A stretch of 37,810 bases of DNA from a virus. Numbering within the stretch: position 1 is the first letter of the stretch; the number at the start of each line of letters is the position of its first letter. The notes below the pieces were generated by a model. That model was given only the letters and a program-made list of their open reading frames with translations, did no database searches and had not been told where the DNA came from. Both the position numbers and the translations under genes were made by a program. This document shows positions 1-9,205 of the stretch, in pieces. The stretch is taken from UHGV virus genome UHGV-0122784; one strand, given 5' to 3'.

Positions 1-43
1 CCTTACCCAGACCTGGACGTGAAGGTGATTGCAATACGTTCAT
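1..43 (-). CDS. 5' end (first ~14 codons) of the next gene of the host ABC-transporter operon (permease, ydcU-like), partial at window edge
   Basis: Minus-strand ATG at 43-41 preceded by an AGGAGAGG-type SD, immediately after the stop of the ATPase gene; only 14 codons are visible. Confidence 0.4.
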   Translation of the reverse strand, partial: MNVLQSPSRPGLGK

Positions 44-49
44 CGCCAT

Positions 50-1063
50 TCACCTCTCCTCAACCAGCGCCACCATCACATCACGCGACCAGGAAACCAT
101 CACCTGTTGTCCGGGCGTGAGCGTGGCAGGCAGTTCTTCGCCTGTCATATTGGCCTGACTCACCAGCAGTTTTTCACCGCCGCTCAGTGTCAGTTCAAAA
201 CGAGTTGCCGCGCCCTGATACTGCACCGCCTGGATCGTGCCATTAGCCTGCATTTCGCCAGGGGTGTTGAGGCGGATATGTTCCGGTCGTAGTGCGAAGC
301 TTCCCGTCATGCCACAAAGTTTCTCTGCCATCAGTCCATCAAAAACATTCGATGTCCCAACGAATCCCGCAACAAACGGCGTGCGCGGGCGCATATAGAG
401 ATCACGCGGGGAATCGACCTGTTCAATGCGTCCATTATTGAAAACCGCCACCCGATCGGACATCGATAACGCTTCGCCCTGATCGTGGGTAACGAAGATA
501 AAAGTGATACCGAGAGACTGTTGCAGCTTTTTCAGCTCAAGCTGCATTTGCTCTCGCAATTTGAGATCCAGCGCGCCGAGCGGTTCATCCAGCAACAACA
601 CACGCGGTTCGTTCACCAGTGCTCTGGCGATGGCAACCCGCTGGCGCTGACCACCAGAAAGTTGTGACGGTTTACGTTGCTGTACAAACCCCAACGCCAC
701 TTTCTCAAGCGCCTCTTGCGCCATTGCATGCCGCTGCTTTTTATTCACGCCTTTGACCATCAGCCCGTAGGCTACGTTGTCAAGAATCGACATATGCGGA
801 AATAGCGCGTAGTCCTGGAAGACAGTATTCACGTCCCGCTCCCACGGTGGCAGATTGCTGGCGGGCGTACCAAAAATAGAGATAGCCCCGCCGGAAAGCT
901 GTTCGAATCCAGCAATCAGGCGCAGGCAAGTGGTTTTGCCGGAGCCGGACGGCCCCAGCATAGAGAAGAACTCACCATCTTTTATCGCAATACTGACGCC
1001 ATCTACTGCGCGCACGTCACCGTACAACCGTGAGACGTTGTCAAACTCCACTGCGTACGTCAT
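50..1063 (-). CDS. ydcT: ABC transporter ATP-binding protein, PotA/PotG family (polyamine-type importer ATPase)
   Basis: 337-aa ORF with Walker A GPSGSGKTT, ABC signature LSGGQRQRV, Walker B LLLDEP and a C-terminal TOBE-like domain; the sequence matches my recollection of E. coli YdcT. Confidence 0.85.
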   Translation of the reverse strand: MTYAVEFDNVSRLYGDVRAVDGVSIAIKDGEFFSMLGPSGSGKTTCLRLIAGFEQLSGGAISIFGTPASNLPPWERDVNTVFQDYALFPHMSILDNVAYGLMVKGVNKKQRHAMAQEALEKVALGFVQQRKPSQLSGGQRQRVAIARALVNEPRVLLLDEPLGALDLKLREQMQLELKKLQQSLGITFIFVTHDQGEALSMSDRVAVFNNGRIEQVDSPRDLYMRPRTPFVAGFVGTSNVFDGLMAEKLCGMTGSFALRPEHIRLNTPGEMQANGTIQAVQYQGAATRFELTLSGGEKLLVSQANMTGEELPATLTPGQQVMVSWSRDVMVALVEER

Positions 1064-1080
1064 AAAACACCCCAGCGAAG

Positions 1081-1315
1081 TTAGCGACCGCCCATAATGG
1101 CAATGTAATCCTGCGTCCAGCGACTGTAGGGAACAAACTTGCCCCCTTCTGCTATAGGCGTTTTCCAGAAGGCGATTTTATCGAAATAGTTAAAACCGTT
1201 TGTTTCACAACCTTTCTCGCCTAATAACGGACTGGCTTTACACCCTTGCGGCACTACTGGTAACGAGCCAAACCAGGCCGCCACATCGCCCTGCACTTTT
1301 GGGGTTAATGACCAG
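1081..1315 (-). pseudogene. 3' remnant (~78 codons) of a periplasmic substrate-binding protein gene (ydcS-like), truncated by the prophage left end
   Basis: Minus-strand frame ending at 1081 (stop) runs uninterrupted up to the Mu left end at 1316; it sits immediately upstream of the ydcT-like gene as in a potD/potA-type operon. Confidence 0.55.
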
Positions 1316-1490
1316 TGTATTGATTCACTTGAAGTACGAAAAAAAACCGGGAGGACATTGGATTATTCGGGATCTGATGGGATTAGATTTGGTGGGGCTT
1401 GCAAGCCTGTAGCGCAAATTTTAGTCGTTAATCAATGAAACGCGAAAGATAGTAAAAAATTGCTTTTGTTTCATTGAAAATACGAAAAAC
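1316..1490 (+). repeat. attL with three transposase end-binding sites L1 (~1320-1342), L2 (~1425-1449), L3 (~1466-1490)
   Basis: Three copies of the ~22-bp MuA end-site motif (TTCAcTtGAAgtaCGAAA, AATCAATGAAACGCGAAAG, TTTCATTGAAAATACGAAAA) in the spacing known for Mu attL. Confidence 0.85.
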
Positions 1491-1654
1491 AAAAACACTG
1501 CAAATCATTTCAATAACAGCTTCAAAAAACGTTCAAAACCGATAACAACCAGGCTGTAACCAAATGACTCATATCACAAATCAGCTCATGCCGTTTAGGT
1601 ATGTTACATGTGTGATTATGTGAGGTGAAGTATGTTTTAGCTGGTTCATGGTTG

Positions 1655-2173
1655 TTATACGGCTTTTTTTACATCTTGTGGTTCTTGCGAAGGAGCTACA
1701 AGACCTTCCTGTTCATGAATACCATGCTCTGACAAAATCTCTTTGCGCTCTTCTGCTGGTAAAGTTTCTAGCATTTGGGCGAGTTGTATGCACTCACGCG
1801 ATACGCCGTGCAGAGATTGGATTTGAGTCTGATCAAAGATACTTGGCATTAGTGCACTAAGTCCACCTTTACTAAGTAGCTTTAATGCCCTCTGGATTTC
1901 CTCTGGTTCTAACTCTGCAACCAAAGCCATTAACACAGAAGCTAACTTATAAGCTGACTTATCGTTATCTAATAACTGCGCCCCTCCTAATTCTGCCTGA
2001 GTGGCATCAGGTAATGAGCTGATATGGTATTCATAAGCAACACCCTTTACTCCTTTGATCTGTCTCTTTTTCCATCCCTCATTAGTTGCTTTGCGGCTAA
2101 TACTACTTGCTGAAGACGGAAGACCAGCAACCCCTTGTAGCTCTTTAGCTGAAAACCATTCTTGTGTCATCAC
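1655..2173 (-). CDS. c: Immunity repressor c (D108-type, 172 aa), leftward transcribed
   Basis: Position and orientation of Mu c. N-terminal ~60 aa are homologous to the N-terminus of the transposase ORF (shared operator-binding domain); C-terminal part resembles the Mu repressor (LSKGGL..LMP, EILS.HGIHEQE..VPSQEPQ.VKKAV). Length is shorter than the 196-aa Mu Repc. Confidence 0.9.
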   Translation of the reverse strand: MMTQEWFSAKELQGVAGLPSSASSISRKATNEGWKKRQIKGVKGVAYEYHISSLPDATQAELGGAQLLDNDKSAYKLASVLMALVAELEPEEIQRALKLLSKGGLSALMPSIFDQTQIQSLHGVSRECIQLAQMLETLPAEERKEILSEHGIHEQEGLVAPSQEPQDVKKAV

Positions 2174-2361
2174 AAACCTCGCTTTAAATACACGATGTAT
2201 TCAAAGAAATGAAAAATATATTCACTTTAAAATCATCGAGATAGATGAATTTCAAACAAAACATTTGAATACACTATTGCATTGACAATGTATTCACACT
2301 AGCATTGCTGCATACCTTATCAGCTACCTTGCGGCGTAGCTGATGGCGTAGCTTGTGAGGA
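2174..2361. promoter_or_regulatory. Operator / divergent promoter region (Pc leftward, Pe rightward) = transpositional enhancer (IAS)
   Basis: Intergenic between divergent c and ner; contains three copies of TGTATTCA (2196-2203, 2289-2296, inverted at 2267-2274) and the Ner operator dyad; corresponds to Mu coordinates ~0.86-1.05 kb where O1-O3 lie. Confidence 0.75.
2319..2344. promoter_or_regulatory. Putative Ner operator: perfect 9-bp inverted repeat ATCAGCTAC-N8-GTAGCTGAT
   Basis: Dyad directly upstream of the ner start; GGCGTAGCT is also repeated directly at 2331-2339 and 2345-2353. Confidence 0.6.
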
Positions 2362-2370
2362 TTGCATTTT

Positions 2371-2589
2371 ATGGCGATAAAGAAAAGTAAATGTGAAGAC
2401 AAAAGTAGATACGACATTGTTGCTGATCTGCGCAAAAGAGGAAAAAGCCTAGCAGCTCTTGGTCGTGAGAACGGTCTCTCTATCTCTACGGTAAAAAATG
2501 CCTTGGATAAACCTTACCCTCGGGGGGAAAGAATCATTGCCGATGCATTGGGAGTTGAGCCACGAGACATCTGGCCTTCGAGGTATTGA
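2371..2589 (+). CDS. ner: Ner-family early transcriptional regulator (D108-type), ~72 aa
   Basis: Small HTH protein ending ...IWPSRY, as in Mu/D108 Ner; GAGG SD before ATG 2371 (the ORF track starts at an upstream TTG at 2362). Confidence 0.85.
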   Translation: MAIKKSKCEDKSRYDIVADLRKRGKSLAALGRENGLSISTVKNALDKPYPRGERIIADALGVEPRDIWPSRY

Positions 2590-2591
2590 AA

Positions 2592-4592
2592 ATGCAACCA
2601 CAATGTAATGATTGGTTTTCTGCAAAGAAATTAGAAGGGCTGATAGGTCTTCCAAAATCCTCTAGCGCGATCTCTCGTAAAGCAAGGTTAGAACAGTGGG
2701 TGTTTCGACAGATACACGGGGTAAGAGGAGTAGCCTATGAGTTTCATATCTCATCTTTACCAAAGGAAACGCAAGCTGCGTTGTTGCTTAGACAAGGAGA
2801 GATCGAAACAAGCCAGGGCCGTTTTGAAATCGCCCGCCCCACGCTGGAAGCCCATGATTATGATCGTGAGGCACTGTGGAGCAAATGGGATAACGCCAGC
2901 GATTCCCAGCGCAGACTTGTTGAAAAATGGTTGCCTGCGGTTCAGGCCGCAGACGAAATGCTGAACCAGGGGATTTCAACAAAAACGGCTTTTGCGACCG
3001 TTGCAGGGCATTACCAGGTCAGCGCATCCACTTTGCGGGACAAGTATTACCAGGTACAGAAGTTTGCGAAGCCTGACTGGGCGGCTGCGCTTGTTGATGG
3101 ACGTGGTGCATCCCGTCGCAACGTTCACAAAAGTGAATTTGACGAGGATGCCTGGCAGTTTCTGATTGCAGATTATCTGCGACCGGAAAAGCCCGCCTTC
3201 CGCAAATGTTATGAGCGTCTGGAACTGGCAGCCCGCGAGCATGGCTGGAGTATTCCCTCCCGTGCCACGGCCTTTCGCCGGATTCAGCAACTGGACGAGG
3301 CAATGGTTGTTGCCTGTCGTGAAGGTGAACATGCACTGATGCATCTGATACCGGCACAGCAGCGAACTGTGGAACACCTGGACGCCATGCAGTGGATCAA
3401 CGGCGACGGTTATCTGCATAACGTCTTTGTACGCTGGTTTAACGGTGATGTGATCCGCCCGAAAACATGGTTCTGGCAGGATGTGAAAACCCGAAAAATT
3501 CTGGGCTGGCGCTGCGATGTAAGCGAGAACATCGACTCAATTCGCCTCTCGTTTATGGATGTGGTGACACGCTACGGCATCCCGGAGGATTTTCACATCA
3601 CCATTGATAACACCCGTGGTGCAGCGAATAAATGGCTGACGGGGGGCGCGCCCAATCGTTACCGCTTTAAGGTAAAAGAGGACGATCCAAAGGGACTGTT
3701 TTTACTGATGGGCGCGAAAATGCACTGGACAAGCGTTGTTGCCGGTAAAGGCTGGGGCCAGGCAAAACCTGTTGAACGTGCTTTCGGTGTTGGTGGGCTT
3801 GAGGAATACGTTGATAAGCATCCGGCACTGGCTGGCGCATATACGGGGCCAAATCCGCAGGCAAAACCTGATAACTATGGCGACCGCGCTGTTGATGCAG
3901 AGCTGTTTCTGAAAACCCTTGCCGAAGGTGTGGCGATGTTCAATGCCAGAACAGGCCGTGAAACAGAAATGTGCGGAGGCAAACTTTCGTTTGATGACGT
4001 TTTTGAGCGTGAATACGCCAGAACGATTGTGCGTAAGCCTACCGAAGAGCAAAAACGGATGCTGTTACTGCCTGCCGAGGCGGTGAACGTTTCACGTAAA
4101 GGCGAGTTCGCGCTTAAAGTTGGCGGCTCCCTTAAAGGTGCGAAAAACGTTTATTACAACATGGCGTTAATGAATGCCGGAGTGAAAAAAGTTGTGGTCA
4201 GATTTGATCCACAGCAGTTACACAGCACGGTTTATTGCTACACCCTGGACGGTCGGTTTATCTGTGAAGCGGAATGTCTGGCACCTGTTGCGTTTAATGA
4301 TGCTGCGGCAGGCCGTGAATATCGCCGCCGCCAGAAACAACTGAAATCTGCGACGAAAGCAGCGATTAAGGCACAAAAACAAATGGATGCACTGGAAGTG
4401 GCAGAGCTGCTGCCGCAGATAGCCGAACCTGAAGCACCAGAATCACGAATTGTCGGCATTTTCCGGCCTTCCGGTAATACGGAACGGGTGAAGAATCAGG
4501 AGCGTGATGATGAATACGAAACTGAGCGTGATGAATATCTGAATCATTCGCTTGATATTCTGGAACAGAACAGACGTAAAAAAGCCATTTAA
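2592..4592 (+). CDS. A: DDE transposase A (MuA); N-terminal enhancer/operator-binding domain is D108-type
   Basis: From ~residue 65 ([13 protein letters not shown]...) to the C-terminus the protein matches MuA as I recall it; the first ~65 aa differ from Mu and parallel the c repressor N-terminus. Confidence 0.95.
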   Translation: MQPQCNDWFSAKKLEGLIGLPKSSSAISRKARLEQWVFRQIHGVRGVAYEFHISSLPKETQAALLLRQGEIETSQGRFEIARPTLEAHDYDREALWSKWDNASDSQRRLVEKWLPAVQAADEMLNQGISTKTAFATVAGHYQVSASTLRDKYYQVQKFAKPDWAAALVDGRGASRRNVHKSEFDEDAWQFLIADYLRPEKPAFRKCYERLELAAREHGWSIPSRATAFRRIQQLDEAMVVACREGEHALMHLIPAQQRTVEHLDAMQWINGDGYLHNVFVRWFNGDVIRPKTWFWQDVKTRKILGWRCDVSENIDSIRLSFMDVVTRYGIPEDFHITIDNTRGAANKWLTGGAPNRYRFKVKEDDPKGLFLLMGAKMHWTSVVAGKGWGQAKPVERAFGVGGLEEYVDKHPALAGAYTGPNPQAKPDNYGDRAVDAELFLKTLAEGVAMFNARTGRETEMCGGKLSFDDVFEREYARTIVRKPTEEQKRMLLLPAEAVNVSRKGEFALKVGGSLKGAKNVYYNMALMNAGVKKVVVRFDPQQLHSTVYCYTLDGRFICEAECLAPVAFNDAAAGREYRRRQKQLKSATKAAIKAQKQMDALEVAELLPQIAEPEAPESRIVGIFRPSGNTERVKNQERDDEYETERDEYLNHSLDILEQNRRKKAI

Positions 4593-4630
4593 TTAACGTT
4601 TAAACAAAATTTAATTACGAGGTTATTCAG

Positions 4631-5569
4631 ATGAATATTTCCGATATTCGCGCAGGACTGCGCACGCTTGTAGAAAATGAAGAAACCACCTTTAAACAAA
4701 TTGCTCTTGAGAGCGGACTTTCTACCGGAACTATCAGTAGTTTTATCAATGATAAGTACAACGGGGATAACGAGCGTGTTTCACAAATGCTGCAACGCTG
4801 GCTGGAAAAATATCATGCAGTTGCAGAACTACCTGAACCGCCCCGCTTTGTGGAAACGCAGACGGTAAAACAAATCTGGACAAGTATGCGTTTTGCCAGC
4901 CTGACTGAAAGTATTGCTGTTGTATGTGGCAATCCTGGTGTGGGCAAAACCGAAGCGGCCCGTGAATATCGCCGCACCAATAACAATGTCTGGATGATCA
5001 CCATTACGCCATCCTGTGCCAGCGTTCTGGAATGTCTTACTGAACTGGCGTTTGAGCTGGGAATGAATGACGCACCACGCCGTAAAGGGCCGCTCTCCCG
5101 CGCCCTGCGACGTCGCCTTGAAGGTACACAGGGGCTGGTTATCATCGACGAAGCTGATCATCTTGGTGCCGAAGTTCTGGAAGAACTCCGCCTGTTACAG
5201 GAATCAACCCGCACTGGCCTTGTGCTGATGGGAAATCACCGGGTTTATTCAAATATGACGGGGGGTAACAGAACGGTTGAATTTGCCCGTCTGTTTTCCC
5301 GTATTGCAAAGCGCACTGCAATTAATAAAACCAAAAAAGCCGATGTAAAAGCTATTGCGGATGCCTGGCAGATTAACGGCGAAAATGAACTGGAGTTATT
5401 ACAGCAGATTGCGCAGAAACCAGGTGCGCTTCGCATTCTGAATCATTCACTTCGCCTTGCCGCCATGACGGCTCACGGTAAAGGTGAGCGTGTTAACGAA
5501 GATTATCTGCGTCAGGCTTTCCGTGAATTAGACCTGGACGTTGATATTTCAACGCTGCTGCGTAATTAA
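4631..5569 (+). CDS. B: Transposition target-capture ATPase B (MuB, AAA+)
   Basis: 312 aa, Walker A GNPGVGKT, Walker B VIIDEADH; immediately downstream of A. Confidence 0.95.
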   Translation: MNISDIRAGLRTLVENEETTFKQIALESGLSTGTISSFINDKYNGDNERVSQMLQRWLEKYHAVAELPEPPRFVETQTVKQIWTSMRFASLTESIAVVCGNPGVGKTEAAREYRRTNNNVWMITITPSCASVLECLTELAFELGMNDAPRRKGPLSRALRRRLEGTQGLVIIDEADHLGAEVLEELRLLQESTRTGLVLMGNHRVYSNMTGGNRTVEFARLFSRIAKRTAINKTKKADVKAIADAWQINGENELELLQQIAQKPGALRILNHSLRLAAMTAHGKGERVNEDYLRQAFRELDLDVDISTLLRN

Positions 5570-5584
5570 GAAGGAGAAGAAATT

Positions 5585-5812
5585 ATGATGGCCCGAAATA
5601 TAAAAATGGCAACGGATGCGCAGAACTGGTTACAGGCGCGCGGGAGTCATGTAAATGAATCATATCTCGGCGTGGCGCGCCCGATTCTTGAAATCACTTA
5701 CCCACCGGTGGAACTGGTAAATAACGCGGTCAGGATTATGGAGCATAAGTCCGGGGTGGCCCGTTCTGTATGGACGGCCCGTCTTAATGGTTGTCAGATA
5801 ATCTGGAGGTAG
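5585..5812 (+). CDS. kil: Small early protein at the position of Mu kil (host-killing/cell-division inhibition)
   Basis: First ORF after B with strong SD AAGGAGAAG; ~74 aa as for Mu Kil. The name is by synteny only. Confidence 0.6.
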   Translation: MMARNIKMATDAQNWLQARGSHVNESYLGVARPILEITYPPVELVNNAVRIMEHKSGVARSVWTARLNGCQIIWR

Positions 5813-5819
5813 CATTTAA

Positions 5820-6032
5820 ATGATGGTGATAAACATTCACGATAATCTGGGAATCAGTAAGTTAATCAACCTTGATAATATCAATGTAATGGAAACGACT
5901 GTTGAGGGCGGTGTTGCTTTTGAATTTGTTGGTGGTCACAGGCTGGTCGTTCATGTCGGCAACCATCATCACGCAGAAAATGTGCTTTGTGAACTTAACA
6001 AAATCACAAATGCAACGCCCGTTAATCAATAA
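5820..6032 (+). CDS. Early-region hypothetical protein (70 aa)
   Basis: GGAGG SD; tightly packed in the Pe operon. Confidence 0.6.
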   Translation: MMVINIHDNLGISKLINLDNINVMETTVEGGVAFEFVGGHRLVVHVGNHHHAENVLCELNKITNATPVNQ

Positions 6033-6043
6033 GGAGAAACAAA

Positions 6044-6307
6044 ATGGCAAAAGTAATTATTGAAATTAAAAATACAGTATATGGAATTAAAGGACGGAAT
6101 TTGCGCACCAGCATTGCGGTGGACGGTAGTGCGGAACTGGACGGTGATGAGGGTACACTTGCTGGCATGGTGGCGTTACTGGTGCTTAACAAAAGCCAGA
6201 AAATAATTAATGAGTCAGCTCATGAAGCCATTGAGATTTTGAAAAACGATGGTGTCATCACAGGTGGCAGTGTCACTGAAATGGCTGTTGAAAAAACATG
6301 TCACTGA
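6044..6307 (+). CDS. Early-region hypothetical protein (87 aa)
   Basis: AAGGAGAAA SD before the ATG; Mu semi-essential region. Confidence 0.65.
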   Translation: MAKVIIEIKNTVYGIKGRNLRTSIAVDGSAELDGDEGTLAGMVALLVLNKSQKIINESAHEAIEILKNDGVITGGSVTEMAVEKTCH

Positions 6308-6741
6308 AAGGAACGCTGACAATGAACGTCAAAATCCGAAATGAAATTCAGGCATTAATCCGCATTCAGGAACGCAATAACAACGGTGGTGAATTACGCG
6401 AGTTTATTTGCGCCCGGAAAGTTGATGGTTATGGTGAAAAAACTTACCTGATTGCTTTCGACCATTACAGCATCTGTGCGCGTTATTGCGGCGAAAGTAT
6501 ATCCCGCGCCATTGCATTTGGCGGTGCGTTCAACGTGGATTTATGGGAATACGTCATGGACCGGGAATACATCTGTGTATCAGACCCGAAAGCACGTGAA
6601 ACGTGGCAGCGTATCTGGCGCGATTACCGGTTAATGGCAAAAGGCTGGGCGCGCTGCTGTTATTCCTCGCTTGCCCTGAAAGCGGTTCAGTTATCGCTGC
6701 GACATATTCCGGCATCACTGCGCGAGCCTCTGCTGTACTGA
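6298..6741 (+). CDS. Early-region hypothetical protein (147 aa, Cys-rich); start may be the internal ATG at 6322
   Basis: ORF overlaps the preceding stop; coding by synteny. Confidence 0.6.
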   Translation: MSLKGTLTMNVKIRNEIQALIRIQERNNNGGELREFICARKVDGYGEKTYLIAFDHYSICARYCGESISRAIAFGGAFNVDLWEYVMDREYICVSDPKARETWQRIWRDYRLMAKGWARCCYSSLALKAVQLSLRHIPASLREPLLY

Positions 6742-7041
6742 ATGGTGGCTGACATGAAGTGTAATCGTAAGCACTGGTCACGCGAAGACCGGGAATTTAT
6801 TGAAGCCAACGTTGGAAAAATGACCGTTGAAGAAATGGCGGAAAAACTGAACGTCGCCACAACCGCCCTCCGGGCACATGCCAGAAGACACGGGATATCG
6901 TTGTGTGCATATCGAATCAGTGAACACGACAAATATTTATGTCGTGAACTTTATAAAGAAGGACTGGATATTCATGTCATTGCCCGAAAGATGGAATTAA
7001 GCAATCGAGCTGTATCCAGCATTGTATACAGCGGATATTAA
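6742..7041 (+). CDS. Early-region hypothetical protein (99 aa), possible HTH
   Basis: ORF abutting the previous stop; start may be ATG 6754. Confidence 0.55.
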   Translation: MVADMKCNRKHWSREDREFIEANVGKMTVEEMAEKLNVATTALRAHARRHGISLCAYRISEHDKYLCRELYKEGLDIHVIARKMELSNRAVSSIVYSGY

Positions 7042-7060
7042 TTAACAGGAGCTTTAATTT

Positions 7061-7585
7061 ATGGCTAAACCAGCAAAACGTATCAAAAGTGCTGCAGCGG
7101 CTTATGTGCCACAAAACCGCGATGCGGTGATTACCGATATTAAACGCATCGGGGATTTACAGCGCGAAGCATCACGTCTGGAAACGGAAATGAATGATGC
7201 CATCGCGGAAATTACGGAGAAATTTGCAGCCCGGATTGCACCGATTAAAACCGATATTGAAACCCTTTCAAAAGGCGTTCAGGGATGGTGTGAAGCGAAC
7301 CGCGACGAACTGACGAACGGCGGAAAAGTGAAGACGGCGAATCTTATCACCGGTGATGTATCGTGGCGGGTCCGTCCACCATCAGTAAGTATTCGTGGTA
7401 TGGATGCAGTGATGGAAACGCTGGAGCGCCTTGGCCTGCAACGCTTTATTCGCACGAAGCAGGAAATCAACAAGGAGGCGATTTTACTGGAACCAAAAGC
7501 CGTCGCAGGTGTTGCCGGAATTACGGTTAAATCGGGAATTGAAGATTTTTCCATTATTCCATTTGAACAGGAAGCCGGTATTTAA
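7061..7585 (+). CDS. gam: Host-nuclease inhibitor Gam (Ku-like DNA end-binding protein)
   Basis: 174-aa protein recognised as Mu Gam (MAKPAKRIKSAAAAYVPQNRDAVITDIKRIGDLQRE...); AGGAG SD. Confidence 0.9.
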   Translation: MAKPAKRIKSAAAAYVPQNRDAVITDIKRIGDLQREASRLETEMNDAIAEITEKFAARIAPIKTDIETLSKGVQGWCEANRDELTNGGKVKTANLITGDVSWRVRPPSVSIRGMDAVMETLERLGLQRFIRTKQEINKEAILLEPKAVAGVAGITVKSGIEDFSIIPFEQEAGI

Positions 7586-7683
7586 TACCACCATTAATAT
7601 TTAATTAATTCACATTCTTTTAATTATGGCGCGATGCGTCAGGGGATTGCTCGCGCCTGAAACAGATTACTGAGGAATAAAAC

Positions 7684-8214
7684 ATGGTTGATGCAAAAAT
7701 TCTGAATGGTGTCAGCACATTATTACGGGCTTACGGACGCCTGACCTGCGGAGTTCTGGCTGAAAAAATGAAGATGCCTCCCTCATCAATGGTGTATTTC
7801 CTGCGTGATGCGGTTGATGCCGGCGTTCTCACCGAATGCAACGGATTTTATGACGTTCCGCGCCCACGTCCGACGCCGCCTGTAAGACGAAGCGCAACTG
7901 AACAGCCTGCTGTTGATGATGCGGTGTGGTGCAACTGGCGTCGCTCATTACCCTGGGTGGAAGGTAATACCATCCCCGCACTGGCAAAAGAGTTTGCGAC
8001 GGGCGTGCTGACCTGTGAGTCAGTCCACATTGTTGCTGAGGTGGATAACAGAATGTGCGAACAGGGAATGCCCCGTTTTGTGATGGCTTATATCGATATC
8101 CGGCTGGGGCGGTTTATTTGCAGTTCAAGCGCCTGGAATATCACCGACCATGTACTGCGTTATCTCATTCTTGATTGTTCTCCGGCTCCCGTAGCGGTGC
8201 AGGAGGTGGCGTGA
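7684..8214 (+). CDS. Early-region hypothetical protein (176 aa)
   Basis: ORF with GAGGAATAAAAC upstream; stop overlaps the next start (GTGATG). Confidence 0.65.
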   Translation: MVDAKILNGVSTLLRAYGRLTCGVLAEKMKMPPSSMVYFLRDAVDAGVLTECNGFYDVPRPRPTPPVRRSATEQPAVDDAVWCNWRRSLPWVEGNTIPALAKEFATGVLTCESVHIVAEVDNRMCEQGMPRFVMAYIDIRLGRFICSSSAWNITDHVLRYLILDCSPAPVAVQEVA

Positions 8215-8744
8215 TGTTTTTTAAAACGTCAAATCCCGCAGCACTGCTGGCATGGGACCAGTTTATGGCGGACTGCCTGAAACTACGCGAAGAAGCCCGC
8301 CATCTTGATAAGGTTCTGGGTTGTGGTTGCCGGTCAGTATTCAGCACAGGTATTGGTGGGCGTCATTTTCATGGCGTGAATTTTCCGGCGAATGAGCGAC
8401 CTTTCTCGCCGGAGTTGTGGACTGTACAACGCTCCGCATCAGGTAACAGTTGCAGGCCAAGAACATCGCGCATTCCTGCACATCTGCGGGAGCAGTCAAA
8501 AGAGCTGGCGAAAATATGGCAGGAGAATATTCCGGTCACTTATGCCCGTACTGACGCTCTCTTACCCGCACTGGGACTGGATTTCAGCGCAACAATATTC
8601 GGCCCGCTCCGGTGGTTCCGTGTTGGTGATGTGATTTACGTCATGACAGGGATGACTCCCGCACAGGGCCGCATGACTGAAATCCTTTCTGACGAATTTA
8701 TCCGGGCGCAAAAACAGGCGGAGGTAAACAATGGAAAACAATGA
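8214..8744 (+). CDS. Early-region hypothetical protein (176 aa)
   Basis: ATG at 8214 preceded by GGAGGTGG; the ORF track's upstream extension from 8175 is rejected. Confidence 0.65.
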   Translation: MFFKTSNPAALLAWDQFMADCLKLREEARHLDKVLGCGCRSVFSTGIGGRHFHGVNFPANERPFSPELWTVQRSASGNSCRPRTSRIPAHLREQSKELAKIWQENIPVTYARTDALLPALGLDFSATIFGPLRWFRVGDVIYVMTGMTPAQGRMTEILSDEFIRAQKQAEVNNGKQ

Positions 8745-8913
8745 AACATCGTATTCGTGGCTGGGGAAATTTACCACGGTGAAACAGGAATGCCCGACCT
8801 GCGGTAATGAATCCCCTGAATATCTGAAAGAGTGCCCTCATTGTGGCGGGCAGAAATGCAACCACTGCGATATGGGCGATGACACGGCGTGCATGAATTG
8901 TGAAGGTGAATAA
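8731..8913 (+). CDS. Small Cys4 zinc-ribbon protein (60 aa)
   Basis: Four CxxC motifs (CPTC, CPHC, CNHC, CMNC); GGAGGT SD. Confidence 0.6.
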   Translation: MENNETSYSWLGKFTTVKQECPTCGNESPEYLKECPHCGGQKCNHCDMGDDTACMNCEGE

Positions 8914-8914
8914 T

Positions 8915-9205
8915 ATGAATAATGAAACTAAATTTACGCCTAAAGACCTGGATGAAGAACTGGTGAAAGCTAAGATGCTTGAGCGTATGCGCGATGTTAT
9001 TGAGACTGCAATCAGTAAAGGCTTTTCTGCGAGAGAGGCCCTTGAAATTATGACACGGGAAATTCATCTCATACGCGACGAAGTTTTGTTGCATAACAAA
9101 AAAGCCCACAACAATATTGTTTGTCGTGAGCTTGGCGTTGATGATTCAGCGGTTATTCCACAGCGTCAGTATCTGTGTGCTCTGATGAGAGGTTCCCGGC
9201 ATTAA
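8915..9205 (+). CDS. Early-region hypothetical protein (~96 aa)
   Basis: ATG 8915 with AAGGTGA SD (the ORF track starts at an upstream GTG at 8900); its 3' end overlaps the convergent minus-strand gene by ~50 bp. Confidence 0.55.
   Translation: MNNETKFTPKDLDEELVKAKMLERMRDVIETAISKGFSAREALEIMTREIHLIRDEVLLHNKKAHNNIVCRELGVDDSAVIPQRQYLCALMRGSRH

Noticed and set aside
29-292. 87-aa plus-strand ORF inside the ydcT-like gene
   Set aside because: Antisense to a clearly conserved ABC ATPase gene; His/Arg-rich junk translation.
2055-2285. 76-aa plus-strand ORF overlapping the 5' end of c and the operator
   Set aside because: Covers the repressor start and operator region; no SD; more plausibly noncoding regulatory DNA.
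4631-5569. AAA+ ATPase considered as a possible defence-system NTPase
   Set aside because: It is MuB, the canonical transposition target-capture ATPase, in its expected place after A.
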